Shown here piece after piece: positions 18,782-29,300 of a stretch of DNA of 41,956 bases. The translations under genes were made by a program, and so were the position numbers. Positions within the stretch are counted from its first letter, which is position 1. Every line of letters begins with the position of its first letter. This DNA is from Campylobacterota bacterium (lineage in GTDB: Bacteria; Campylobacterota; Campylobacteria; Campylobacterales; Sulfurovaceae). Where the stretch lies: NCBI GenBank assembly GCA_030595845.1, contig JAUVCL010000001.1:1-41956 (forward strand), in the 5' to 3' direction. A model generated the notes under the pieces. It did no database searches, was not told where the DNA came from, and was given only the letters and a program-made list of their open reading frames with translations.

Positions 18782-21700
18782 TTCGACCTTTTGTTGCTGT
18801 TAGTGTTAACCTCTGTGTCAACTACGCTTCCTGTTCCACCGGGACCTGCCCAAATAGAAGGTGAAATAAATTTTACTTTATAAAAAGGACTAGGGTAGAT
18901 GGGGAGGCTGAATGGATTATGGATCAACCAGGCATCAGAAGTAGCATCCAACTTTATGTTGACCGTGAGTGGGAATGTAGGATTTGGACCCCTGTTGACT
19001 GTAAGATTGTCATCTTTCCCATCAGCTATGATAGATATCTTTGTATACGCCAAAGATGGTGTTCCCGAGCCTTCTACAACATCCACAGGCGGGTCAATGA
19101 CTTTAAGTGTAACATTGCCATCGCCAATGTTTGCGTTATGTCCTGAAGATATCCCCCAGGCACCTGATGAAGTAATACCTAAATCTGTACAGCTAACATA
19201 ATCTAGTGAGAACGCTCCTCCTGTATCACAATAAACATGAATGAGAATAGGTGTCAATGCAACTTCTGCTTTAGTAGTATATGTAAGACTTATGCCAACA
19301 GACGGTCTTGCTTTTGCATAATGCATAAAGGCAGTTTGACCTGTAATACCAGTTTGATTACCCTCTACATTGTCCGCATCTGTCATGTTGACATCAGTGA
19401 GGTTCATGGCAAAAGCTTGTACTACTTGATCAATATTTCTATCAAAATTAAGTTTGTATTCTGAATAATTTGTACCATTGCCATCTGGAGCATTTGGTTC
19501 AAACCCTGAAGCTTGAGTGCTTTCCCATGGTCCAGAAATAGAAAAGTTAAGTCCAGGTGTGTTAAGGTCGTCACCACTTATATTACCATCTGCAACATGG
19601 TAATATAAGATTTTTGTAAGAGGTGCTGTGTAAAACGGATCAAATGTTAAATTGAGGTCATTATTTCTAGCATAACAACCGTCAATATAGTTTGTTGTTG
19701 TATTGCCATCCTGATTAACAGCTGTAATATTAATATCTAGAGCTGCCCCCATATTTGGATTACCACCTGTAGCATTAAAATCATTCAGGTATGTAAAGTT
19801 GGCAATTGTATTGTGATTGGTAAGAGCCGCGCTGATGCCAAAATGATGTGGTACAAAAGTCATAGGTTCTTGCAACATAAGTCTACATCCGACTCGACCA
19901 AAAGGATCGCCGGAAGGGTCTGTAATATTATCGTCAAAAAGACATTCATAATTGTCTGTATCCGTACCATTTTGATCTACTAGTGTCCATTCTTGATCCA
20001 TAATGGTTAACGTTGTGACCCCAACATTAGAGTATTTAATATAATTAATATCATTATCCGCATAACCACCTAAGGTAGCATCAGCATTATCATCACCTCC
20101 AGCAAGAATACCAAAATTTATGCTTTGTGATTCGTTGGTGTCATAAGGACATGAAAGACTTGCATTGTAATCTAAACCTATTGCTGCTATTACTGTTGGA
20201 GGGTTGTATCCCACTAAGTCAGTTCTATAGAAGTCAGATTGAGGATCGTCATTATCTGCAGTAGTTGCATTAATTTCAATAGGATAATTTTTACCAGCAC
20301 GATAAGGATCATCTCCATCGTCATTTATAATAGAATATGAATAACTATAAGGTCGTACAGCAAATGTATCTGAAGTGGAGATAGGTGTTGTCGCATCTGC
20401 AAGACACTCTGCACAACCTAAATCATGGTTATAGTCTGCTGGAGAAATGGTTTCTTTTATACCTCCACAATGTCCAGTATATGCATTTGAATCACAAGGT
20501 GCAGCACCACCACCATCACCATAAACACAAACAGCAACTTTAGGATAACTTTCAATAGGGAATATCTCAAGAATCTTGACATCTGAATTTAGACATGCAG
20601 GAACTAAACATAAACTTGATTGTGTCACTGAAGTAGAGCAGTTATATCCTCCAAGCTCATTAAAGAAATTAGAATAATCAGTAAACTTAATTTCTAATGT
20701 AGCATCTCTAAAAGCTTCATTTATCTGAGGATACTCTTGTGTAGTGATTAATGCATTGTCTGTTTCAGTTAGTGTAAGCATAGAAGTAGTGGCTGGTGCA
20801 AATTTACCTGCCCATAGTGCATCATGATTCTCATCTCCTCCCGGATAGTTTATAAGGACAGACGCATCTATGGTATCGGAATTGCCTTGAGCATCCAAGT
20901 ATACACCAGTATAAGTTGAAGGGTTTCCATCACTGTCTAAATAGGTGAGACCCATTACAAAAGGTTGTTTTACAATTTTTGTCCCAACTTTTTTATAGCC
21001 ATTTCCTGAAGATCCATAAGGAATATACACAGCTTGGTTTAGAGTACTTAAGGTTGCTGAACTCATATCGACATCGTTGACTTGCATAGCTGTCGTTTGT
21101 ACAATTTTCGGAGGGATACCATAACCTGAATCACAAGGGTAGATATATTCTTCAACTGTATTAGTTGTAGTATTGTCTTCATTAATATTAGTTATATCAT
21201 CACGCTGATATTGTGCAATTAAAACGATATAGTCAATGGACTGATCTGCATTGTTATTAGGGTTTTCTATGCTTCGGGCATTTATATCGAAAATAGTATG
21301 GTTCTCATCAGGGGCTATATCACCAAAGTTAAAATTAAGTACGGTTTCAAAAGCATTTTCCAGATAAGTACTTGATTGTACATGTAATAATTCATCAAGT
21401 GTTTGGTTTGTAGTACATGTAGCATTGGCATCCGTATTTGTATCAACATAACAGTCATCTTTGTAGATTTCTGTTGAAGTATATGCTTTAAATATTTGTA
21501 CAGCTCGTAAGTCATTACCTTTTTGATTCCTAATCACAACAGAGGTGTCACAGTTACTTCCATAATAAAATCCACCAGCACGAAAACAAGTTTGGTCAAA
21601 TTCAGGCGCTTCATAACAGAGGTCTCTTACATAGTCGAGATTTTCAAAGCTTGGGAATACCGTTACGGTAACAGATGAAAATATATTAAAATCATTGAAA

Positions 21701-22125
21701 CCCGTTACCGTTAAAGAGGCTGTATTGGTTATTTGTGTTGGGTGATTGGGTGCTCTCAGTGAATACTGTATCACTCTAGCTCCCCCACCTATCATGAGCC
21801 CATCACAAATAATTTCTCCATTTGAATTGTTGATATCTATTGCACAGCTTAAATTCCCGTCATCTATGATGGTTAAGTTATAATCAGCCAGAGTAGTATT
21901 TGTACCATCAAGAAAGTCTTCATCAATATTGTCAGTGACGGTAATATTATAGTCAGGTGGATTATTAGCATTAGAGGTATTGGTAATGACAATAAAGTAA
22001 TTGATGGTACTGTCTCCTTCAATATACTGAGGAGATGCCACTTTTTTAATGGTCAAGTCGGGGGATGGACCTGCCCAAAGTAGACTAATAGAGAATAATA
22101 TAAATAAAATAATTTTATTTTTCAT
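18775..22125 (-). CDS. Large exported adhesin-like protein (N-terminal DUF11/Ig-like repeat, Cys-rich middle, MshQ/PilY1-like role inferred)
   Basis: Signal peptide MKNKIILF.., PDLTIKKVAS..NITVTD..ITNTASL, N/D/T-rich; start moved to ATG 22125 after RBS aaagg. Confidence 0.75.
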   Translation of the reverse strand: MKNKIILFILFSISLLWAGPSPDLTIKKVASPQYIEGDSTINYFIVITNTSNANNPPDYNITVTDNIDEDFLDGTNTTLADYNLTIIDDGNLSCAIDINNSNGEIICDGLMIGGGARVIQYSLRAPNHPTQITNTASLTVTGFNDFNIFSSVTVTVFPSFENLDYVRDLCYEAPEFDQTCFRAGGFYYGSNCDTSVVIRNQKGNDLRAVQIFKAYTSTEIYKDDCYVDTNTDANATCTTNQTLDELLHVQSSTYLENAFETVLNFNFGDIAPDENHTIFDINARSIENPNNNADQSIDYIVLIAQYQRDDITNINEDNTTTNTVEEYIYPCDSGYGIPPKIVQTTAMQVNDVDMSSATLSTLNQAVYIPYGSSGNGYKKVGTKIVKQPFVMGLTYLDSDGNPSTYTGVYLDAQGNSDTIDASVLINYPGGDENHDALWAGKFAPATTSMLTLTETDNALITTQEYPQINEAFRDATLEIKFTDYSNFFNELGGYNCSTSVTQSSLCLVPACLNSDVKILEIFPIESYPKVAVCVYGDGGGAAPCDSNAYTGHCGGIKETISPADYNHDLGCAECLADATTPISTSDTFAVRPYSYSYSIINDDGDDPYRAGKNYPIEINATTADNDDPQSDFYRTDLVGYNPPTVIAAIGLDYNASLSCPYDTNESQSINFGILAGGDDNADATLGGYADNDINYIKYSNVGVTTLTIMDQEWTLVDQNGTDTDNYECLFDDNITDPSGDPFGRVGCRLMLQEPMTFVPHHFGISAALTNHNTIANFTYLNDFNATGGNPNMGAALDINITAVNQDGNTTTNYIDGCYARNNDLNLTFDPFYTAPLTKILYYHVADGNISGDDLNTPGLNFSISGPWESTQASGFEPNAPDGNGTNYSEYKLNFDRNIDQVVQAFAMNLTDVNMTDADNVEGNQTGITGQTAFMHYAKARPSVGISLTYTTKAEVALTPILIHVYCDTGGAFSLDYVSCTDLGITSSGAWGISSGHNANIGDGNVTLKVIDPPVDVVEGSGTPSLAYTKISIIADGKDDNLTVNRGPNPTFPLTVNIKLDATSDAWLIHNPFSLPIYPSPFYKVKFISPSIWAGPGGTGSVVDTEVNTNSNKRSNW

Positions 22126-22204
22126 AATAACGCCTTTTATGCTCAATGAACCGAGCGAATTTTGTATCTACATACGAAATTTAATGACATAAGCGTTATT
22201 TGCT

Positions 22205-22450
22205 TACGTTTGGTAACCCGGCTGTCTTATGAATCTGAGTGGTGGGTCAGAAATCACCAATCTTCTACAAGTCATTGCCTCGTGAGCATTCATAAATAAT
22301 CATCAATTAACCTACAGGTTAACCTCAAATTCTTTATAAACCCTCACAAGACAAGCACTTACAAAATATTTAGTGATTCAGACCCACCACCCAGATTTCA
22401 AGACCCGTGGTTTTCCGTCCCTGCTTCTCAACAGGTTTGGCTTTTCATTC
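22205..22450 (-). ncRNA. c-di-GMP-I riboswitch with a 173-nt hairpin in the P3 loop
   Basis: Minus strand: AAAAG-CC-AAA-CCTGTT-GAGA-AGCAGG-GA-C-GG-AAA-ACCACGGGTCT-[173 nt]-AGACAGCCGGGTTACC. Confidence 0.88.
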
Positions 22451-22661
22451 TGTAATACTTTATACTTAATAATATCATAGCTAAGATAAAATGAATATAA
22501 AATAAGTATTTTTTATAGTTAAACTTTTAAAAAAGTGAGAACTATTAAATATGTCTCTTGCTAAAATCAGACTTTTTGAATAGTTTTATAAACCTAATAC
22601 GCTTTATAACTCTTTTGAGATATCATAAAGGTATTATATATTTCAAAAACAGGATCCAAAT

Positions 22662-23306
22662 TTGAAGAAGCGTATTTTATTGAGTTTAGCAATAGCATTT
22701 ATGTTTGCAGGGTGTAGCGGTAAGGATGAAGAGGTAGCGGAGTTCAATAAACCGGCATTGTACTGGTATCAGAAGATAGCCGACAGTATTTCTAGAGGGA
22801 ATATGGATAAAGCTGATGCGTATTATATCTCTCTTAAAAGTGAGCATATGCGTTCACCGTTGATGCCAACTACAATGATGATGCTTTCTCATGCACATAT
22901 GAATAAAGAAGAATATCTGCTTTCAAACTACTATCTTGATGAATATAATAAACGGTATGGCGAAGGTGACAGTCGTGAGTATACTGATTTTATGAAATTA
23001 AAATCGTCATTTTTGGGTGTGAAAGATGTGTATAAAGATCAAAAGCTTATTATTGACAGTATTGAATCGTCCAAGGTCTATATTTACCGTTACCCAGGTT
23101 CCGCGTATGCGCCACTTGTGAACACGATGCTTATACGATTACACATGAGCCAATATCTGCTTAATGAAAACATCGCGGCACTGTATGACAGAACCGATAA
23201 ACCTGATGCTGCTAAAATATATAGAGATAAAAACAAAGATTCTGTGGTAGAGATGACCGATATCACACCACCTGAAAAAGGTATAGTAGGGTATATTTTC
23301 GATTAA
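22662..23306 (+). CDS. bamD: Outer membrane protein assembly lipoprotein BamD (ComL/YfiO)
   Basis: Lipobox FAGC, TPR-like helices, YLDEYNKRYG, RYPGSAYAP; precedes lon as in other Campylobacterota. Confidence 0.85.
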   Translation: MKKRILLSLAIAFMFAGCSGKDEEVAEFNKPALYWYQKIADSISRGNMDKADAYYISLKSEHMRSPLMPTTMMMLSHAHMNKEEYLLSNYYLDEYNKRYGEGDSREYTDFMKLKSSFLGVKDVYKDQKLIIDSIESSKVYIYRYPGSAYAPLVNTMLIRLHMSQYLLNENIAALYDRTDKPDAAKIYRDKNKDSVVEMTDITPPEKGIVGYIFD

Positions 23307-23341
23307 GAGCTTTGACTTTTAATTAAAAATTATGCTATTTC

Positions 23342-23440
23342 CTCGTTCCACCTCTCCCGAGGTGGAATGTATAGAGAATTAAAATTTAAGATAATAATTT
23401 AAACTACATAGTGATTCCACCTCGGGAGAGGTGGAACCAG
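23342..23440. repeat. CTCGTTCC-type palindromic repeat doublet (stem variant CCACCTC/GAGGTGG)
   Basis: CTCGTTCCACCTCTCCCGAGGTGGAATGTATA and inverted ATTCCACCTCGGGAGAGGTGGAACCAG. Confidence 0.88.
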
Positions 23441-23466
23441 ATTGAGAATATATACAAAGGATTTTT

Positions 23467-25884
23467 ATGCAACTCAGCGATTATGATGCATTACCCGCTA
23501 CTCTTCCGGTTGTCGTAGAGGATGAACTTTTTCTTTATCCTTTTATGATCAGCCCTATTTTTCTTAGCAATCAACAAGACATTGATTCCGCTACGGACGC
23601 AATGGAAAATGACTCTTTACTTTTTGTCACTTCCTCCATACCAGGAAAAGAGGGAAGTCGGGATTTTAATGCCATGTATAAAGTAGGTGTGATAGGCTCG
23701 ATCATGCGAAAAGTCCACATACCTGACGGCAGAGTAAAGATACTTTTTCAAGGGCTTTCCCGAGGAAAAATACTCGAACCGCAAGATGGAACGTTTAATC
23801 GTGCTGTCATCGATATGGTGACTTTGGAGGATTATAATAAACTTAAAGCGGATGCTCTCATGGATATTTTGAGAGACAAGATAAAGAAACTCTCTTCATT
23901 GAACTCTCAGATACCTGCAGATCTTATACGAACCATAGAAGAAAATGATGAGCCTAACCGCATAGCAGACTTGGTTTCCTCTATGTTGAAACTTGACAAA
24001 GAAGTGGCTTATGCACTCTACATTGAGCTTCATATTGAAAAGCGTTTGTTGGGACTCATTGACATTGTTACTTCTGAAATAGAAGCTGCAAAAGTACAGC
24101 GTGAAATACGTACAAAAGTACATACAAAGATAGAACAAACCAATAAAGAGTATTTCTTAAAAGAGCAACTTAAAGAGATACAGCAAGAGTTGGGTATGGA
24201 TACGCAAAGAGAAGAAGAGATTGCTACATTCCGTGAAAAAGTAGCAGCATTGAAACCTCATATGCAAGAAGATGCTTTTAAAGAGATCAGCAAGCAGTTA
24301 GACCGTTTTGCACGTATGCATCCTGACTCTGCAGATGCCAATGTGCTTCAGACTTATTTGGAATGGGTACTTGAACTTCCTTTTGGAAAGTTGACGAAGA
24401 AAAACTTAAGTGTAAAAGATGTTTCATATGAACTTGACAAAGATCATTATTCATTGGAAAAACCAAAAGAGCGTATTGTTGAATTTTTTTCTGTACGTGA
24501 ATTGGCAAACCTTAGAGGCATCAAACAAAAAGAGACAGGCGGTGTGATACTTTGTTTTGCCGGACCTCCGGGTGTGGGTAAAACCTCACTTGCAAACTCA
24601 ATTGCTACCGCACTTGGAAGACCGCTGGTACGTATGGCACTGGGTGGTTTGGAAGATGTGAATGAGCTTAGGGGGCATAGACGAACTTATGTGGGTGCAA
24701 TGCCCGGTCGTTTGGTGCAAGGGCTGATAGAATCAAAGAGTATGGATCCTGTCATTGTACTTGATGAGATAGACAAAGTAGGGCGTAGTATGAGAGGTGA
24801 TCCGACTGCAGCGCTGCTTGAAATACTTGATCCTGAACAAAATAGCAGGTATAGAGATTATTATTTGAATTTCAACATTGATCTGAGTAAAGCTATTTTC
24901 ATTGCTACAGCTAATGATGTGGGGAGAATACCTGCTCCATTACGTGACAGAATGGAATTTATAGGATTGAATTCCTATACACCTAAAGAGAAGTTTGAGA
25001 TCGCAAAGCGTTATCTTATTCCTCAGGAACTAAAAAAACATGCTTTGAAAAAAAGAGAGTTCTCTATTTCTGATAAAGCATTGAAAATATTGATCGATGA
25101 ATATACCAGAGAAGCAGGGGTAAGAAATTTACGCCGCAGGATAGCTGGATTGATGCGAAAAAGTGCCAGACAACTTTTGGAAGATAAAACAAAAGACAAG
25201 ATCACTGTAAGCAAAAATAATTTGGATAAATTTACGGATAAAAAAGTCTTTGAGATCTCTTTAGTAGATAAAGTACCGCAGATAGGTGTTGTCAGTGGAT
25301 TGGCATGGACAGCTGTAGGTGGTGATGTGTTGACCATTGAAGCGATCAAGATCAAAGGTAAAGGGGCATTACAACTCACGGGAAGCTTGGGTGATGTGAT
25401 GAAAGAGTCTGTACGTATTGCCCATTCTGTGGTGAAAATACTCATAGACAAGGGAGATCTGGCTATCTCACCATCGGTCATACCGCATTCTGTAAAAGAG
25501 AGAGAAGAACGCATACGTGTGGATGCTTCCGAAGTCTATAAGCGCTATGATCTTCATATCCATGTACCAGAAGGTGCTACACCTAAAGATGGACCAAGTG
25601 CAGGTATCACAATGGTATCTGCTATTGCTTCTATTCTCAGTGAACGAAAAATAGATAATAAAGTGGCTATGACAGGTGAGGTGACACTCACAGGAAAAGT
25701 ACTTCCTATTGGTGGACTGAAAGAGAAACTTATTGCTGCCTATAAGGCAGGAGTGACTAAAGCATTGATCCCGATGAAAAATTATGAACGTGATCTGCAA
25801 GATATTCCAGATGAGGTGAAAAGCAGTATGAAGATCATTGGTGTATCGCATGTAGATGAAGTGTTGAAAGAAGTGTTTGTGTAG
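23467..25884 (+). CDS. lon: Lon protease
   Basis: GPPGVGKTS, GHRRTYVGAMPG, LDEIDK, KDGPSAG, PIGGLKEK. Confidence 0.98.
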   Translation: MQLSDYDALPATLPVVVEDELFLYPFMISPIFLSNQQDIDSATDAMENDSLLFVTSSIPGKEGSRDFNAMYKVGVIGSIMRKVHIPDGRVKILFQGLSRGKILEPQDGTFNRAVIDMVTLEDYNKLKADALMDILRDKIKKLSSLNSQIPADLIRTIEENDEPNRIADLVSSMLKLDKEVAYALYIELHIEKRLLGLIDIVTSEIEAAKVQREIRTKVHTKIEQTNKEYFLKEQLKEIQQELGMDTQREEEIATFREKVAALKPHMQEDAFKEISKQLDRFARMHPDSADANVLQTYLEWVLELPFGKLTKKNLSVKDVSYELDKDHYSLEKPKERIVEFFSVRELANLRGIKQKETGGVILCFAGPPGVGKTSLANSIATALGRPLVRMALGGLEDVNELRGHRRTYVGAMPGRLVQGLIESKSMDPVIVLDEIDKVGRSMRGDPTAALLEILDPEQNSRYRDYYLNFNIDLSKAIFIATANDVGRIPAPLRDRMEFIGLNSYTPKEKFEIAKRYLIPQELKKHALKKREFSISDKALKILIDEYTREAGVRNLRRRIAGLMRKSARQLLEDKTKDKITVSKNNLDKFTDKKVFEISLVDKVPQIGVVSGLAWTAVGGDVLTIEAIKIKGKGALQLTGSLGDVMKESVRIAHSVVKILIDKGDLAISPSVIPHSVKEREERIRVDASEVYKRYDLHIHVPEGATPKDGPSAGITMVSAIASILSERKIDNKVAMTGEVTLTGKVLPIGGLKEKLIAAYKAGVTKALIPMKNYERDLQDIPDEVKSSMKIIGVSHVDEVLKEVFV

Positions 25885-25964
25885 GGTCGGTTGCCCAGAG
25901 GAAATGCCCTTGGGGTATACCGACCAAAAAAGAATAGTTCGTTAGGTCGGTGAACCGACCCTAC
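25881..25964. repeat. GTAG-type REP doublet (GTAGGGTCGGTTCACCGACC subfamily); left copy has about 25 extra bases
   Basis: Right copy GGTCGGTGAACCGACCCTAC is intact; left copy is split by GCCCAGAGGAAATGCCCTTGGGGTAT; GTAG head contains the lon stop. Confidence 0.85.
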
Positions 25965-25967
25965 GAT

Positions 25968-26333
25968 CTATGTCCATTGTGCTATTTTTGCATTAAGTGC
26001 ATCTTGTTTGACAGGTTTTCTCAAGAAATCATTCGCCCCATTGTCAAATACTTCTGATTTTCTTGTATCATCCGTTGAAAGAACGATCACAGGGATGTGA
26101 GAGTTTGCCATGTTTGATCTGAAGATCTTTAGAAACTCTATACCGTCAACAACCGGCATCATAATATCTAGTAAGATAAGATCAATATTCTGATCTTTCT
26201 TAAGTTTATCTAAGGCATCTGAACCATTCTCTGCCTCAATCATTTCTGTTACACTTGGGTTCTTCTTTAACAGTGTAGACAATAGTTTTCTGTTGATGAA
26301 ATCATCATCAACAATAAGTACTCTTAGTGCCAT
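25968..26333 (-). CDS. Single-domain response regulator (CheY-like receiver)
   Basis: VLIVDDD, LILLDIMMPVVDG, FLRKP. Confidence 0.93.
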   Translation of the reverse strand: MALRVLIVDDDFINRKLLSTLLKKNPSVTEMIEAENGSDALDKLKKDQNIDLILLDIMMPVVDGIEFLKIFRSNMANSHIPVIVLSTDDTRKSEVFDNGANDFLRKPVKQDALNAKIAQWT

Positions 26334-26338
26334 TTATT

Positions 26339-29300
26339 TTATCCTCTATATTTTTTAATAATGTTTTCTATCTCTTCTTTAGAAGCCGTATTGGAGATGT
26401 TCTCACCCCATTTAACAGCCACTTCGTGAGGATTATTGGTATCAGTTGATGCAATTATAGCTATATTGCCATGATCGTCACTGATGCTTTCTGTGATAAG
26501 ATTAGCATCTGCAAAGAGTAGGTCATAATCACCAGATGCAAGCGCTTTTTGTAGGGTACCTACATCATCTAGAATCTCATAATTCTGACCGATATTTTCC
26601 AATACTTTTGCAAGGACTCTTCGTGCTAACAAGAATTTTTTGGCAATAAGAATTTTTTTCTCTTCTATTTCTAATGCTATGACAGGTTCATCAATAAGCA
26701 CTTCAAGAGATTCATTCTGTGCTTCTACGATCGGCGCAGTTACCTCTTCCTCTTTTACAGCAGGTGTTTCTCTCTTTGTCGGGGCATCAGTACTGCTGTT
26801 GGCTTTATGTGATAAGAATTTGTTGAGTACATAGAGTAATTCTGTTGTCTCAATAGGTTTGGTTATATATTCATCCATACCTTCACCGAGGAATCTTTCT
26901 CTATCCCCCTTCAGTGCATTTGCTGTTAATGCAACAATAGGGATGTGTGCCAACTCTTCATCTTCTTCATAGTCCAATATCTCATGAGTGGCTTCAATAC
27001 CATCCATAACAGGCATTTGAATATCCATAAAGAGGAGATCATAGTTACCGGATCTTCGTTTTTCAAATGATTCAAGACCGTTGTTGGCAAGATCTACTGT
27101 GATACCATGCTCTTCCAAAATACGTTTAATGAGTTTCTGGTTAATAATATTATCTTCTGTGACCAGGATATGTGCATCAAACTTTGTTTGTTGAGCACTA
27201 ACAGTCTCTTCAATGAGTTGTGGAGTAATATTGGCTGTGTTACTCAATACTTCTTTGAGTTTACTCAGTGTAACAGGTTTATAGATAACATTACTTTGAT
27301 CAATACCAAGTTCTTCAAGCTTATTACGGCTTGTAACGTTTGCCATAACGATCAGTTTAGATTTATCCATATGGTGGATAGCATCCAAAATGTTTTGTTT
27401 TGCTTTATCAATATCGATCCAGTAATTCTTACATACATTATTGGCATCAAGTTCTTTGAGCTCTCCAATAGATTCAAAGTGCTTGACAGACGGACCGAAG
27501 TATTTAAAGTAGTCTTCTAAATAACTGTCAAGTTTTGTTGGAATATCCTGAGCATATTTACCGATAGTAAGATCGGTAAATGCATGTGCATAATTTACTT
27601 CTGTTGAGATTACTTCTTCTAAAGGTAGAGAGAAGTAGAAGGTCGTACCATGATCTTTTGCACTCTCAAGTTCAAGATCGCCACCCATAAGTTCAACGAA
27701 CTGACTGGAAATAGTAAGCCCAAGACCTGTACCACCATATTTTCTTGTAACAGAGACATCTGCTTGAGAGAAGGCATCAAAGATACGTGATTGTTGATCT
27801 TTTGTCATACCGATACCATTGTCCTGTACAGAGAATTTAATACGGCTTATATCATCTTCACCAACAATTTTTTTGATAATCAGATTGATCTCTCCACCAT
27901 ATGATGTAAACTTAACAGCATTTGAAAGAAGATTAATAACAATCTCTTTGATCTTGGTTGGGTCACCTTTGAGTTTTGCTGAGATCAACGGATCCATATA
28001 GTAGTTTAAGTCAATATTTTTCTCTGTGGCAGCAACGGCATAAGTTTCAACAGCTGATTCGAATTCTTCAGCCGCATCAAATACGATGTTTTCAATCTCA
28101 ATTTTATTACTCTCAATTTTTGAAAGGTCAAGAATGTTGTTGATAATACTAAGAAGGTTTTCTGAACTTTTATCAATAATAGAAAGGAATTCGTCTTGTT
28201 CCTCTGTCAGATCGGTACTACGTAAGATCTCTGTAAATCCAACGATACCATTAAGAGGTGTACGGATTTCATGTGACATATTGGCAAGGAAAAGAGATTT
28301 TGCTTCATTGGCCTGTAGGGCAATGAGTTTATCATCTTTTGCTGTCTCTACAAGTTCTTCAAGGAACTTATAGGCCTCTTTGGTACCTTCATGCGTATCG
28401 AGCTCAATATTCTCAATGGCAGCAGTATCAGAGCTAAGGTACTGATCACTGCTTTTCATTTCATCAACAGCTTTGTTCAATACCTCTTCAAGCTCTTTAA
28501 TGTTTCTCGTAATATCTCTTGTAGCGGTATATCCCAGATATGCAAGGATAAAACCCAGTAGCCAGATCGCTGAAGCGATGGAAAGAAGTAAAAGTTGTCT
28601 CTGAAGATACACTTCACTCTTATTCCATAAAACATCAGAAACGATAAGCTCAGCTTTTGAGAGTAAGGTGATCTTTTTAGTTTGAAGTGCGAACCAGTCG
28701 ATCGCTTCTTCTGCATAGTCACCATTATCAATATCAGTTTGAATCGCAGATGAAGTCATAGCAAGTTCTTCCAACGTCTCTAGAGATTGCTCATTATTCA
28801 ATAGCTTTTCAAGCTGTTTCCTTAAGAGAGGGTTGGTTACTTGTTTGATATCAAAGACATTTGCTTTTGTTTTGAAGTCGTCCCATAATGCAATTTCATC
28901 AAATGACATAGAAGATTTTTTGGTCATGTAGTAGGAAACAAATCCTCTTTCAAGTCCTGCATTTTCTTTTGCTGTATAGAGTTGGATCAGTGTAGCGATC
29001 AGTGATGAAATTTCTGTATCAAGTGAATAGCTTTTAAGGGTTAAAAGCTTGTCAATAACAGGAGTTGACAGAGATTCTGTGTAGGTTGTAAAAAAGATAT
29101 TTTTAAAATCTACATTTTCAGTATCGATCTTTTTTCTTACGCCCTCAAGATTCTCTACATTGGCTAGAAATGTTTCAAATGATTTGTTGTTTTGTAAGGT
29201 ACTTTTTTCACCTAATAATTCAATCAACAGTGGAAGGTAAGCAGTATGGTCTGTCATTACTTCATATCGGATGTCTTCAAAAATTTCATCTGATGTTTCT

